Translations under genes and position numbers: made by a program
Shown here: positions 28,456 through 39,072 of the stretch, piece by piece
How positions within the stretch are numbered: the first letter of the stretch is position 1
Layout of the letters: each line of letters starts with the position of its first letter
Assembly (NCBI GenBank): GCA_964291655.2
Contig: OZ219802.1
Location: 2,464,001-2,528,000, forward strand
Length of the DNA stretch: 64,000 nucleotides
Origin: Chloroflexota bacterium
GTDB lineage: Bacteria; Chloroflexota; UBA11872; VXOZ01
Reading direction: 5' to 3'
Notes under the pieces: generated by a model
What the model saw: only the letters and a program-made list of their open reading frames with translations
The model's database searches: none
What the model was told of the DNA's origin: nothing

Positions 28456-30261
28456 CTAGCGGTATGCGGCCGCCTGGAGCCGGTAGAGCTCTGCATACTC
28501 GCCCCCGGATGACAACAGCGCGTCATGAGTGCCCTGCTCGACCAAGCGGCCCTCACGCAGTACCAGAATCCGGTCGGCAATCTGACACGATGCCAGTCGA
28601 TGGGAAATGAGGACGGCGGTGCGATCTTGCGCCATGTCGGCAAAGTGGGCGTAGACCGCCGCTTCCGCCTTGGCGTCGAGGGCCGAGGCAGGTTCATCCA
28701 AAATGAGAATCTCGGCCGGCCGAAAGTAAGCGCGTGCTATCGCGAGCTTCTGCCACTGCCCCACCGATAGTTCCGCGCCGGCATGAAACTCCTTGCCCAA
28801 CGGTGTGTCTAGTCCACGTGGCAACTCTGCCGCCACCTCCTGCGCGCCACTGCGGGCGAGGACGGATTCGAGGTGTGCTCTATCTTCGGCTCCTTCCAGC
28901 CAGCCGAAGGTGATGTTCTCCTCTACGGTAGTCTGGTAACGGAGGAAATCCTGAAAGACAGTCCCGAACTTCTTGTACCAATCAGCAAGTGCAATTTCAG
29001 AAAGGTCAACTCCATCTATAAGTATACGGCCTGACGTCGGACTATACAGGCCCATCAGGAGCTTGACGAGCGTGGTCTTGCCCGCGCCGTTTTCACCCAC
29101 GAGCGCGATCCGCTCGCCGGGCCGGAGCGAGAGATTGAGGCCGGAAAGGGCAGGTCGCTCCGCTCCCGGATAGGTGAATGAGACGTTGTCCAAGACGATG
29201 GGTGCGGTCAGCGGCTGACGCAGCCTGCGGCCTGCCTTAAAGTCAATACATGGGCTATCTATCAGCGTGAAGAAATCTTGCAGATAGCGGAGATCGTTAT
29301 ACACCAGGGACCCGCCCCAGATCAGATCCGAGTAAGTCATTTGGAAGCTCTCAATCGCCGCAAATAGCGCAACCGCCGTACCGACACTGATGTGGCCATT
29401 GACCAATAGGCCCACACTTAGTCCCAACGCCAAAACGTGTACCAGGCCATTCAGTCCATCGGATACCACTGTGCGCCTCTCCTCGCGGGCCGCAAGTTGT
29501 AGCCGCTCTTGGTGAAGAGCTTGGCGAAGCTCCCTAGCCTGATCAAGCAACCACCGCCCTAAACTGAATAGCCGCACCTCGGCGGCTGCCTCCCGACCGG
29601 TCATCAATCCCGTGTATACGGCGAGGCGGCGTTCTCGTGGAGTCTGTGCGCGCTGCATGAGGTACTTTTGGCGGAGCAGGCGCTCGCGCAGCAGCACGCC
29701 TGGCGTTGTTCCGATTGCCAGCAACACCGGCAGTCCCCAGTGGAATTGCCCGAGGTACACGAGCAGGGACGTGAGCGTTACCACTTGTGAAAGACTCTCC
29801 CAAGAGAAGTGCATGGTCGAACCCAGACGTTCGACCGTTCTGCGCCGCACATGATGCAAGAGGTCGTAATGCTCGTTGTGTTCGAACCACTCCAGCGGCA
29901 TGGCCTGGGCCTGTTGCATACAGCGTTCGTCAATAAACGCAGCCAACACTTCCTGGTGGTATAGAGCCAGCGTATCCCTGCCGTAAAGCACGGCAGCGTG
30001 GGCGAGGGCAAGCAGGGCGAGGGCGAGCCCCCAGTAGAGAGCGGTACTAACCGGCGCGTTGCCTTCTAATACCTGCTGGGCCGTCTCTACGAGCCGGCGC
30101 AATACATGCACGTCTGCCACGATGAACAGCCCCATGCCGGCGCTTATGACGGTCAGAAGTGCTGCGCCTCTGGCATCGGCGGTCAGTACCAAGCCTACCG
30201 TCCGCGGTAGGTACGTTAGGCGCTGCCAGGAACGAGCACTGTTGTTCTGTGAATAGCTCAT
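28456..30261 (-). CDS. ABC exporter (TMD plus NBD), subunit 2
   Basis: GENGAGKTT, LSVGQWQK, ILDEP and SHRL motifs; N-terminal TM domain. Confidence 0.93.
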   Translation of the reverse strand: MSYSQNNSARSWQRLTYLPRTVGLVLTADARGAALLTVISAGMGLFIVADVHVLRRLVETAQQVLEGNAPVSTALYWGLALALLALAHAAVLYGRDTLALYHQEVLAAFIDERCMQQAQAMPLEWFEHNEHYDLLHHVRRRTVERLGSTMHFSWESLSQVVTLTSLLVYLGQFHWGLPVLLAIGTTPGVLLRERLLRQKYLMQRAQTPRERRLAVYTGLMTGREAAAEVRLFSLGRWLLDQARELRQALHQERLQLAAREERRTVVSDGLNGLVHVLALGLSVGLLVNGHISVGTAVALFAAIESFQMTYSDLIWGGSLVYNDLRYLQDFFTLIDSPCIDFKAGRRLRQPLTAPIVLDNVSFTYPGAERPALSGLNLSLRPGERIALVGENGAGKTTLVKLLMGLYSPTSGRILIDGVDLSEIALADWYKKFGTVFQDFLRYQTTVEENITFGWLEGAEDRAHLESVLARSGAQEVAAELPRGLDTPLGKEFHAGAELSVGQWQKLAIARAYFRPAEILILDEPASALDAKAEAAVYAHFADMAQDRTAVLISHRLASCQIADRILVLREGRLVEQGTHDALLSSGGEYAELYRLQAAAYR

Positions 30262-32138
30262 CAGCCGCGCTCCGTGTTTGCGGGGGCGTTGTACCAGTGC
30301 GCTTGCAGGCGAAACATCTGAGCATACACGCCGCCGAGGGATAGCAAAGTCGTGTGGTCGCCTTCCTCAACAATGCGGCCGTTGGCGAGCACCACGATTC
30401 TGTCGGCCAGCCGGGCCGCCCCGAGGCGATGCGAGACGAGGATCGCGGTGCGACCGGCGGCCACCTGAACAAACTGACGGTAGAACTCGACCTCGGCTCG
30501 TGGGTCCAAGGCGGCGGTGGGCTCATCAAGCGCAACGATCTGGGCGTCACGCAAATAGGCCCGCGCGAGCGCCAAGCGCTGCCATTGACCGGAGGAGAGT
30601 TCCATACCGCCCGGCCACTCTTTGCCGAGGTACGTCGCGTAGCCGGACGGCAGTTCCGAGACAAACCCGTCTATGCCGCTCTTTACTGCAGCGGCGGCGA
30701 TGCGCGGATGAATGGTATCACGAGCTTGGACACCTTGCGCAAGCAAAGTTGAATCGCCATAGGCGATGTTCTCAAACACCGTTGTGGGAAAGCGGACGAA
30801 GTCCTGGAAGATAGCGGTTGCTTCGCGCCGCCACGTTGCGGGATGAATGGTAGCCAGGTCCGCGCCATCTACGGTGATAGTCCCCTGGGTAGGTTGATAG
30901 AGTCCTAAGAGCAAGCGCACCAGCGTGGTCTTGCCCGCGCCGTTCTCGCCTACGAGCGCGAACCGCTCACCGGGCCGTAGCGACAACTCAAGGTCAGTCA
31001 GGGCCGGTCGATCTGCGCCCGGGTAGGTGAAGCTCACACGGTGAAACTGAATAGCCTGGCGCAACGGTCGGCGTAGTTCTTGCTCTTCACCCTGTGCTGC
31101 CGGGGGGTCTGAATCTAGGGCAAGAAAGTCTTGCAGATACTCCGCATACTGTAGATTGGAGTACACATTCCCCAGAGCGGCAGAGACGTTGTCGGCGAGG
31201 GTGCGAAAGCGGCTCAATCCGTACAAGAGCGCAACCACGCTGCCCAGCGTAATGTTGCCGCTGAGGGCGACCAGCAGAACGAGCACGACAACCAGCGCTA
31301 CGCCCTCTTGCGCGGCTACACTCGCCAACCCTGGCAGCGCCATCCTACGTTGGGCGGCCATCATCTCCCCCAAGAACCGCTGAAAGACGCCGCGGCGGCG
31401 GCGGAGCAGGTAGTCGGCAAGACCGGACAGCCGCAGTTCGGGGACCGCTTCGCGGCTGGTGAGCAAGCGCGACCAATAGGCCATTTCGCGCCACCGAGGC
31501 GAGTTCCGGTACGTGACTTCAACCATATGTCGTTCGATCACGGATTGCACGATAGATCGCAACGCCATCACGGCTACCAAGGCCACACCAGTGAGCCAAT
31601 GGGCACTGAAGAATATCACCATTAACCCGGTAGCGCCGACCAGCGAAGTCAGCAGCCACGACAGGTTCTCGAGAAGATCGCTGAGGGCGCTGCCCGCTTC
31701 TATTCCGGCTACCTGCAGTTTGGTGTAGTATTCTTCCCGTTCGAAGGTACTTAGTGGGAGAGAGATGGCCTTCTCACACACCATGTGCTGTACCGCAGCG
31801 CCGAGGCGCAAGCCTGTCAGTTGACTGAGGTAGTCACCAAGTGCGCCGTCGAGGCTCCGGATGACAAAGGCTACCAGCAGCACCAGCAACCAGGGGATGA
31901 TGGCGGACCATACACCGGACTGGTCGATGCTTGAGCGCGGCAGAGCGTCGATGAGGCCACTGATGGCCCATACGACGAGCGGCGTGGTGGCCCCGGAAGC
32001 AAGGCTCTGCACGACGAGCAGAGACCCGGCAAAATGAGCCTCTTTGAAGATTAACCTGGTGATGTAAGCAATCTGCGCCGTGGTGTCCCTCAGGAGCACT
32101 ACGGGCTCCCGCAGCCAGGACGGGTATGCGAGATTCAT
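30261..32138 (-). CDS. ABC exporter (TMD plus NBD), subunit 1
   Basis: GENGAGKTT, LSSGQWQR, ALDEP and SHRL motifs; overlaps the next gene by 1 nt. Confidence 0.93.
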   Translation of the reverse strand: MNLAYPSWLREPVVLLRDTTAQIAYITRLIFKEAHFAGSLLVVQSLASGATTPLVVWAISGLIDALPRSSIDQSGVWSAIIPWLLVLLVAFVIRSLDGALGDYLSQLTGLRLGAAVQHMVCEKAISLPLSTFEREEYYTKLQVAGIEAGSALSDLLENLSWLLTSLVGATGLMVIFFSAHWLTGVALVAVMALRSIVQSVIERHMVEVTYRNSPRWREMAYWSRLLTSREAVPELRLSGLADYLLRRRRGVFQRFLGEMMAAQRRMALPGLASVAAQEGVALVVVLVLLVALSGNITLGSVVALLYGLSRFRTLADNVSAALGNVYSNLQYAEYLQDFLALDSDPPAAQGEEQELRRPLRQAIQFHRVSFTYPGADRPALTDLELSLRPGERFALVGENGAGKTTLVRLLLGLYQPTQGTITVDGADLATIHPATWRREATAIFQDFVRFPTTVFENIAYGDSTLLAQGVQARDTIHPRIAAAAVKSGIDGFVSELPSGYATYLGKEWPGGMELSSGQWQRLALARAYLRDAQIVALDEPTAALDPRAEVEFYRQFVQVAAGRTAILVSHRLGAARLADRIVVLANGRIVEEGDHTTLLSLGGVYAQMFRLQAHWYNAPANTERG

Positions 32139-32441
32139 GATCGTTCCAGTGTGGGTTGCTTAGGTCTTTCAAATTGCAGGAATCGGCAGGCGGACTTACG
32201 CTTCGAATCGCGCCATGTCTTTTCCGTTTGCCCTTAGCGCAGCAAACGCTCAAATGCGGATTGATTCTGGTGAATGTCAGTTCAGCCAGAAAGCTGTAGC
32301 AAGCGCGAGCACCGCAAGGAAGAGAAAGAAGGGCAGTATTCACTCCATGGTGTAAAGAGGAGTGGCTGCGGCTGGGCAGTGGGAGACAGAGTGAATCGCC
32401 CTACGTGTCGCAAGGCGAAATCGCTTGAAAGGGGGGTGGTA

Positions 32442-33908
32442 TTATCTCGGAACGATCATGTTTATAGCTACCGAGTGGGAGGCTACACCCTGCACATTCT
32501 CGTCAGTTGCTAGCCTTAGTTCTCGTGTCTCTCCTGGATGGAGGTTTCTCACCACTCCGGTGGTCATGCCGAGCACGTTGCCGGTGGCATCGAAGAGTGC
32601 GCCATCGAGGTCGAGGCTATATACACGCGCGCCGTTATTCGTGACCGACCCGTGGAGGACGTGGAGAATTCCTTCGCGCTCGTAATGCACACCGCTAAAG
32701 CTGATATCGTGCTCGTAATTCTCGCGAACGGCCATCGTGCCGGAAAAGCCGAGTTCTACCGCTGCGGGATCTGCAGCGTATGGGTCAACGGATAAGAAAC
32801 GAACCACGCGCATTGACCCTGGCAGCAGGGATGTGATACTGCCGGTGGCATGCGTTAAGTCGGCGCCTCTAGCATCGAGCAAGTGCACCTCGGCAGCGGT
32901 GGAAATGGTCAAATCGGATTCATTGCGCAGTTGTACGTAGATACGGTAGTTGCCGTGGGGCGATGCTATGACAGATGGCGACCCTACGATGGACAACAGA
33001 TCGGCAAGTCCGCCAGTGGCAATTCGCACGATGTCAAGAGAATCCGATGTACCTGCCGGCGCTCGGCGTGAAGTTAGGTCTCCGGTAGGAGGTTTCAATG
33101 CGCCCAATACGGCGAGATTCACATCCAGCGGATACGTAGCCGCTGCCGGAATAAGGCCGGACTCTTTGGCAAGGTCCCCGCCGTGCACTACCGTAACGTC
33201 ACCGGGATTGGCTCCCCAGTCCGTGCTTACATTCCAGTACTGTAGCGCCACACGTTGCGCGCGCATGACGACCATCGACCCGAAGTCCTGAATGGCCAAA
33301 GGCAAGCCGTAGTGGAGCAGCCAGTGGGGATTGCTGAGAAACCGCTCCTTCAATGCGGCGCGCGCGGCGTTTAGCTGCGGCGTGTCGCCGGGCTGCGGCT
33401 CAAAGATGGTCGTAAGATGATTCTGTACCGTGCCTTCCCAGTCGTTGACGGGATCGTCTGCCGACCAATCGAAACTCCTGGGAATCTGACGAAAAGCTTC
33501 AAGCCAAGCATCATAACCGGCGTCAGAGAGCATATCGAATGTGTTCGCGATGTTTACGTTGCTCGACGCCGGGTCCCACTGCAGGAGGACATTGTGAGTC
33601 GCCTGGTACACAAAGCCATCCAGAATGAAGCGTCCGGATACCGGGTACCCCACTGTTGGCACGCCGCCGAGTTGTTGAAAGCTACTCCAAAAGTTGATGT
33701 CGCGGAAATCGATGATAGCGTAACCCTTGCCGGTGCCGCTGCCGGTCTGGGTATAGTACCAGCCGCCACCTATGGCATAGTCGGGCCCCTTGGGGGCGTG
33801 AGAATGGTCGGCTTCATCGCCGTGCGCCTGCACGGCACTAGCAGCAGAGAGCCACACGAGAAGTATCACTATGAGGCTACTAAGAAGACGTAGTTGTCGC
33901 ATTTCCAT
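32442..33908 (-). CDS. Secreted protein with Chloroflexota-type repeat and two FxLYD-like Ig domains
   Basis: Signal peptide AVQA; 'FQQLGGVPTVGYPVS'; 'HLLDARG..L.PG' and 'ALFDATGNVLG...NLHPGETR'. Confidence 0.7.
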   Translation of the reverse strand: MEMRQLRLLSSLIVILLVWLSAASAVQAHGDEADHSHAPKGPDYAIGGGWYYTQTGSGTGKGYAIIDFRDINFWSSFQQLGGVPTVGYPVSGRFILDGFVYQATHNVLLQWDPASSNVNIANTFDMLSDAGYDAWLEAFRQIPRSFDWSADDPVNDWEGTVQNHLTTIFEPQPGDTPQLNAARAALKERFLSNPHWLLHYGLPLAIQDFGSMVVMRAQRVALQYWNVSTDWGANPGDVTVVHGGDLAKESGLIPAAATYPLDVNLAVLGALKPPTGDLTSRRAPAGTSDSLDIVRIATGGLADLLSIVGSPSVIASPHGNYRIYVQLRNESDLTISTAAEVHLLDARGADLTHATGSITSLLPGSMRVVRFLSVDPYAADPAAVELGFSGTMAVRENYEHDISFSGVHYEREGILHVLHGSVTNNGARVYSLDLDGALFDATGNVLGMTTGVVRNLHPGETRELRLATDENVQGVASHSVAINMIVPR

Positions 33909-34080
33909 TACTCTTCATTTGGTACATTAGAACTATCAGCAGGTGTAGACGCTACCCATACTAGCCGAAGCAATGCGTCGCGGCAAGAGAGTGTGCTACG
34001 CTCAGTGCTGGGGGAGCAGTGTACGGTATGCGCCGGCCTGGCGCGACAGCGTACCGTGAACAACTAGCGTAGGAGAGATC

Positions 34081-34797
34081 ATGAGTCGCGTACCGCGAGC
34101 GTGGATGAAACCGCTCGACGACGACTACAAGGCAAAGCCGCTGCCGGAACGCAAGCGGCGGCCTTGGAGCGAGACGACAATCGGTCGTGCCGCGATGGTG
34201 CCTATTCGCCGTCTCGACCCCTACGTACGCTGGATCGAGCTCATCGAGCGTATGCTGCATGGGGTGATGTTGAACACTGATGTGTTCAAAGAAGTGCACG
34301 AGGATGAATCGGCAAATCTGCAAGCGTTGTCGGTGGTCTTGATCGTTGTCGTGGCGCAGAACATCAGCTTATTCCTCATAGGGTTGTTCTGGTTCGGATT
34401 CTTCGGTTCTATCAGTTTCGTCGCCAGGGCCATGAGCGACGCGATGATATCATGGTTAATCTGGTTGATCGTGGCCTACGCGCTCTGCAAGGTCCTCTTC
34501 CGCAGCCGTGCAGGCTTCATGCAGGTCTTCAGAACCCTCGCCTTTGCCTACGTGCCTGCCATATTCTTATTCTTCCAAGTAATCCCACTCTACGGAGTCA
34601 CCCTTGCCGCACTTACCTACCTTGCGCTGATCGAGTATGGCGTATTGGCGCTGCGCCCGGCATTGAACGGTTCGATTGCTAAGGCGCTGCTTGCCAGCTT
34701 CGTGGGGTGGACGGGCTTGCTCGTGGTGAGCCTGATTCTCAGCGAAAGCCAGCTCTTCACCTTGATCCAAGAGTGGATCGCGGAACAATGGCTGTGA
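34081..34797 (+). CDS. YIP1-family membrane protein
   Basis: About 5 TM helices; 'F.QVFRTLAFAYVP'; RBS AGGAG. Confidence 0.7.
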   Translation: MSRVPRAWMKPLDDDYKAKPLPERKRRPWSETTIGRAAMVPIRRLDPYVRWIELIERMLHGVMLNTDVFKEVHEDESANLQALSVVLIVVVAQNISLFLIGLFWFGFFGSISFVARAMSDAMISWLIWLIVAYALCKVLFRSRAGFMQVFRTLAFAYVPAIFLFFQVIPLYGVTLAALTYLALIEYGVLALRPALNGSIAKALLASFVGWTGLLVVSLILSESQLFTLIQEWIAEQWL

Positions 34798-34847
34798 GCG
34801 GAGACTATGCTCATCGCAAAGTCTATGCTCATAGCTCTTAGCAAAGT

Positions 34848-36008
34848 CTAGGCTGGATGAGGGCGTGTGAACGCGATCTCCGGTGAAAGTTCCACTCCCC
34901 ATCCCGGCGCATCACCAATCTGCACCTCACCGTCTTCAGGCAAGGGCTCGCCGGTTAAGAAAGGATGAATAGGCGCAATCTCCGTACCGTCGCCGCTGCC
35001 GAAGATGAACTCGGCCATGGGACACACCCCGTGCGCTGCGACGAAGTTGTAGCTCATTACGCCGCCGATGTGAGGAATGACCTGCAGGCCGTGGGTTTCG
35101 GCCATGGCCGCCACACGGCGGGCAACGGAAATGCCGCCGCACCAGGCGAGATCGGGCTGCAAGACGTCGGCGCAGCCCTGCTTGATGAGATCATGGAAGC
35201 CAAAATGGGTGTATTCATGCTCGCCGCAGGCAATATGCAGCCAGGGTAGACGCTTGCGGAGCGTGGCATAACCGTCATAGTCGTCGGGAAAGAAGGGCTC
35301 CTCCAGCCAGTAAATGTCGAACTGGCGCAGGCGCTCGGCCATGGCGATGGCATACGGCACGTCCCAGCCCATCCAGGCATCAACCATAAGAAGCCGATCC
35401 GGCCCTAGCGAGTCGCGGGTTTCAGCCACTTGCAATTCATTGCGGCGCATGCCCTCGGGGCCGTCATGCGGCCCATAGCGCATGAAGACTTTATTGCGGG
35501 TGAAACCCAAAGACGGGTAGGCCTCGGAGCGGTTGCCGCTGGCGTAGAGGGACACGCGAGGCGGCTGTTGCCCTGATCCTTGCGTTTTGCCACCAAGTAG
35601 CACATAGACCGGCACAGCGGCGGCCCTGCCTCTTATGTCCCAGAGGGCGTTGTCTATTGCGCTGATCGCCATGATGGGCAGACCCTTGCGCCCATAGGGG
35701 AGCGTGGCGCGGTACATGAGGTCCCACAGCAACTCGGTGTCGCGGGGGTCTCGGTTGAGGAGCAGGGGCTTGAGATGGTGTTCGATGATATGGCAACTGG
35801 GCGCGCCGCCGCCGCCCACGCCGATGCCCGCGATGCCTTGATCGGTGGTGACCCGGGCGATGGTGCGCGGCACCATGCCCTGCCACGAACTGCGCGTCTC
35901 GGCGTATTCGGGGTAGCCAGACATCGGACTGGCCATACGCTCCGCCACGAGCCAGCTACGCCGCTTGGGTGTCTCAGGGATGAGGGCTTCGACGTCGATG
36001 ATCTTCAT
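34848..36008 (-). CDS. Enolase-superfamily acid-sugar dehydratase (L-rhamnonate dehydratase-like), paralog 2
   Basis: YGRKG, SAIDNALWD, D..WLEEP..GEHEYT, QPD and IPH motifs. Confidence 0.9.
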   Translation of the reverse strand: MKIIDVEALIPETPKRRSWLVAERMASPMSGYPEYAETRSSWQGMVPRTIARVTTDQGIAGIGVGGGGAPSCHIIEHHLKPLLLNRDPRDTELLWDLMYRATLPYGRKGLPIMAISAIDNALWDIRGRAAAVPVYVLLGGKTQGSGQQPPRVSLYASGNRSEAYPSLGFTRNKVFMRYGPHDGPEGMRRNELQVAETRDSLGPDRLLMVDAWMGWDVPYAIAMAERLRQFDIYWLEEPFFPDDYDGYATLRKRLPWLHIACGEHEYTHFGFHDLIKQGCADVLQPDLAWCGGISVARRVAAMAETHGLQVIPHIGGVMSYNFVAAHGVCPMAEFIFGSGDGTEIAPIHPFLTGEPLPEDGEVQIGDAPGWGVELSPEIAFTRPHPA

Positions 36009-36135
36009 GGCAAGCGCGGCAATCTCATTTCTTCGTGACTTTCACAAACTATCAGCGAAATGCTGATTGGGACCTATTTTAACTGAAGCACAGAAGAACT
36101 TACCCGTGACGGCGTTTGTTCCAATGGTACCAAGA

Positions 36136-36196
36136 AGCGGGAGACAAGCCCCCGCGCTACGATTTGTCCGTCACTCCGGCGTTCGCCGGAATCCAG
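36136..36196. repeat. GTAG-REP adjacent to a CGTC-type palindrome
   Basis: AGCGGGAGACAAGCCCCCGCGCTAC then CCGTCACTCCGGCGTTCGCCGGAATCCAG. Confidence 0.75.
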
Positions 36197-36353
36197 GGGA
36201 TGTCAGCTTGCCGCGCAACCCGAATGTCCTCCATTTCGCCTTTGCTGGAAAGAAGGAGAACGGCATCCCAAAAATACCGGACTTCCGTCCTCAGTTCCAG
36301 TTCCGTTGGTCTGTCTCACCCTGCGGTAACAGCCGCCCCGGTGCTCCTGGAGA

Positions 36354-37553
36354 CTACTCTCCTGTGCCGAGACCCGCCGATCCGGCCGCGGCATCCTCTT
36401 TACTCTCGGACGTGGGGTGCGGGCGTTCCAGTGTAACCTCCGGCGCAATCCCATAGCCCCAGCCGGGCGCTTCCGGCGGGCGCACCCGGCCGTTCTCCGG
36501 CAGCGGCTCGCCGCTGAAGAAGGGCTGTACCGGCACGAGTTCGCTGCCGTCGCCTGCGCGGAAGATGAACTCTACGAGAGGCGCATTGCCGTGGGCAATA
36601 CAAAAGTGATAGCTGGCAGTAGCGCCGACGTGGGGAATGACGTCGATCCCGTGAGGTTCAGCCATCTGCGCGGCGCGATGGGCCTCGGTAATCCCGCCGC
36701 ACCAGGCGAGATCTGGCTGCAGGATGTCGGCACAGCCCCGCTGGATGAGCTCGTGAAAGCCAAAGCGCGTGTACTCGTGCTCGCCGGTGGTGATGCGCGT
36801 CCAGGTAATGCGACGCCGGATTTCGGCGTAGCCGTCATAGTCGTCGGGCGGCAGGGCTTCCTCGATCCAGTAGACGTCGTACGGGCGCAGGCGCTCGGCC
36901 ATGCGCAGCGTGTAAGTGACGTCCCAGGCCATGTAGCAATCCAGCATCAGCAGCATGTCAGGACCCAGCGCCTCCCGGGCGTCGGCCACGTGCTTCTCGT
37001 TCAGCTTCATTCCCTCAACGCCGTCCCACGGGCCGTAGGGCATGGCGACTTTATTGCCTACAAAGCCCAGCGACTTATACACGGCGGACTGATTGCCGGT
37101 GGCGTAGACCGGTATGGCAGGCTTGGTGGCGCCGCCCAGGAGCTTGTAGACCGGCTGGTCGGCGGCCTTGCCCTTGATGTCCCATAACGCGTTATCAATG
37201 CCGCTGATGGCCATGAGCGGCAACCCCTTGCGCCCATATGGAAGCGAAGCGCGAAACATCTGGTCCCAGAGGCGTTCGGTATCACGGGGGTCTTGGCCGA
37301 CGAGCAAGCGCTTGAGGTGTTGCTCCACGATAAAGCACGCCGGGTTGCCGCCGCCACCAAGTCCGAGGCCCTCTAGTCCCTCATCCGTTCTGATGCGCAC
37401 GATGATTGGCCCCAAAGGGCCTTGCCACAGCGCTCGCCGTTCGCCATATTCCGCATAGCGCGACATGGGATTGGCCACCCGAATGTGCGAGAGCCAACTC
37501 GGCGGCTCCGGCGGCAGGTGGGGAATGAAGGCCTCTACGTCTGTGATTTTCAC
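36354..37553 (-). CDS. Enolase-superfamily acid-sugar dehydratase (L-rhamnonate dehydratase-like), paralog 1
   Basis: 'ANPMSRY', YGRKG, WIEE..GEHEYT, QPDLAWCGG and IPH motifs; GTG start. Confidence 0.9.
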   Translation of the reverse strand: MKITDVEAFIPHLPPEPPSWLSHIRVANPMSRYAEYGERRALWQGPLGPIIVRIRTDEGLEGLGLGGGGNPACFIVEQHLKRLLVGQDPRDTERLWDQMFRASLPYGRKGLPLMAISGIDNALWDIKGKAADQPVYKLLGGATKPAIPVYATGNQSAVYKSLGFVGNKVAMPYGPWDGVEGMKLNEKHVADAREALGPDMLLMLDCYMAWDVTYTLRMAERLRPYDVYWIEEALPPDDYDGYAEIRRRITWTRITTGEHEYTRFGFHELIQRGCADILQPDLAWCGGITEAHRAAQMAEPHGIDVIPHVGATASYHFCIAHGNAPLVEFIFRAGDGSELVPVQPFFSGEPLPENGRVRPPEAPGWGYGIAPEVTLERPHPTSESKEDAAAGSAGLGTGE

Positions 37554-37982
37554 GTGTCCGGTCCTCTATTGGTGGTGTGTGACAAACCTGGATGGTATGG
37601 CAGAATCAAGCGAGCGGGGACACTCTCGGCAATTTGGCCAATTGCATGTCATTCTCCCCTTAAGTAGATTCTTGCCAAACACACTTTGAAGGCGATGAGC
37701 GCCCTTTCCTCGCATGGGAAGGCTTGGGTGAGAGCTCATCGCTGCCAACCTACCCTAACCGTTCCGAAGAGGCGGTATTCTGCAGGGAATCCATATTGTT
37801 CCGTCCTATGATAACCGGCAGGACTTGCGCGTGTCAGTGCCGGGGATGTGCCCTGGCCCTTCCGCATCCCGCACAACGGCCGTCCAATGCCCATAGGCGC
37901 TCAATCCACGTAGAATCTACGGTGAGCGCGAGTGAAGCGCCTTGAGTCGACCACCGGATGCGAAGCTGTTCGCATACATGGG

Positions 37983-38048
37983 AGCGAGGGAGAAGCCCCT
38001 GCGCTACACCCGAGCACAAGGGGAGCGGGGGACGAGCCCCCGCGCTAC
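37983..38048 (-). repeat. Two direct GTAG-REP copies
   Basis: AGCGAGGGAGAAGCCCCTGCGCTAC and AGCGGGGGACGAGCCCCCGCGCTAC. Confidence 0.75.
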
Positions 38049-38092
38049 GTCAGAGCAGACTGACGGTTCGATACGGCAAAGGAGAATCGTAG

Positions 38093-38851
38093 TTGGGTTC
38101 CGAACAACCACGTCGGCATCCTGAAGAGTCGGACGAGCGCAGTCACGTGGGCGTAAAGCCCGGAGTGATCGTGCTCTACCTCGTGGCGCTGGTGGTGACA
38201 GCGGCGCTGCTCGTGTGGTTTCTTTATCTCGATCAGCGGCCGTGGTACGGCAACTGGCCGGCGGTCATCCTGTCAGTTATCTTCTTCTCACTCTTTGTCG
38301 TGGGGTTTCTCGTGGCACTGCCGCGCCGCGACTGGCGGCAGGCAGCGCTGGGGCCTGCGTTTCTCATCGCGCTCTTTAACGAGATGTTCGGCATTCCCTT
38401 TACCATCTACTTGCTGAGCAGCGTCTTTGGCTTCTCTATCGGGTTGGACGGCAGCGAAGGGCACCTCTGGGCCGTGGCCCTGGACCGGCTGGGCTGGGTA
38501 CGGTTGAGTGTGGGTGTGCCCATGCTGAAATGGGGCGGCAGTGCCGTCGTCTTGACCGGGCTCGTTCTCATGGGTTGGGGCTGGTGGCGCGTGTACCGCG
38601 CTCGCGGCGCCCTGGTGACCGTTGGCCTGTACCGCCACGTACGCCACCCGCAATACGTGGGGTTTGTGCTGGTCATGGCCGGCTTTCTCATCCAATGGCC
38701 GACGCTCATCACGCTGCTGATGTTCCCGGTCTTGCTGGCAGCCTACGTCCGTCTGGCAGCCGCGGAGGATCGCTATCTCGAACAAACGCACGGTGATGCG
38801 TTCCGTGCGTACAAGGAAACCGTACCCGGCTGGCTGCCGCTCAAAAAGTGA
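38093..38851 (+). CDS. Isoprenylcysteine carboxyl methyltransferase-family membrane protein
   Basis: 'GLYRHVRHPQY', 'QWPTLITL' and 'ED..L...GDAF.AYK..VP' motifs; TTG start after AAGGAG. Confidence 0.85.
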   Translation: MGSEQPRRHPEESDERSHVGVKPGVIVLYLVALVVTAALLVWFLYLDQRPWYGNWPAVILSVIFFSLFVVGFLVALPRRDWRQAALGPAFLIALFNEMFGIPFTIYLLSSVFGFSIGLDGSEGHLWAVALDRLGWVRLSVGVPMLKWGGSAVVLTGLVLMGWGWWRVYRARGALVTVGLYRHVRHPQYVGFVLVMAGFLIQWPTLITLLMFPVLLAAYVRLAAAEDRYLEQTHGDAFRAYKETVPGWLPLKK

Positions 38852-39072
38852 ACGCAAAGACGCATCAAGCCGATGTCGCGTGCCAGCACAGGCTTGTTGA
38901 AGGGTCGAAGCGTGAGCAGGTAAAGTGATCCGACGGCGACACGCTTGCGGGGGAAACGCTACTAATGAGTCCGATTGCAAGACAATTACGGAAGCCCTTG
39001 CCGGGCTAGAATGAGAGTAGGCTGTCAGGGATTACGGTATGAAACCTTAGTGACAGGGAAGACACCTTGCGT

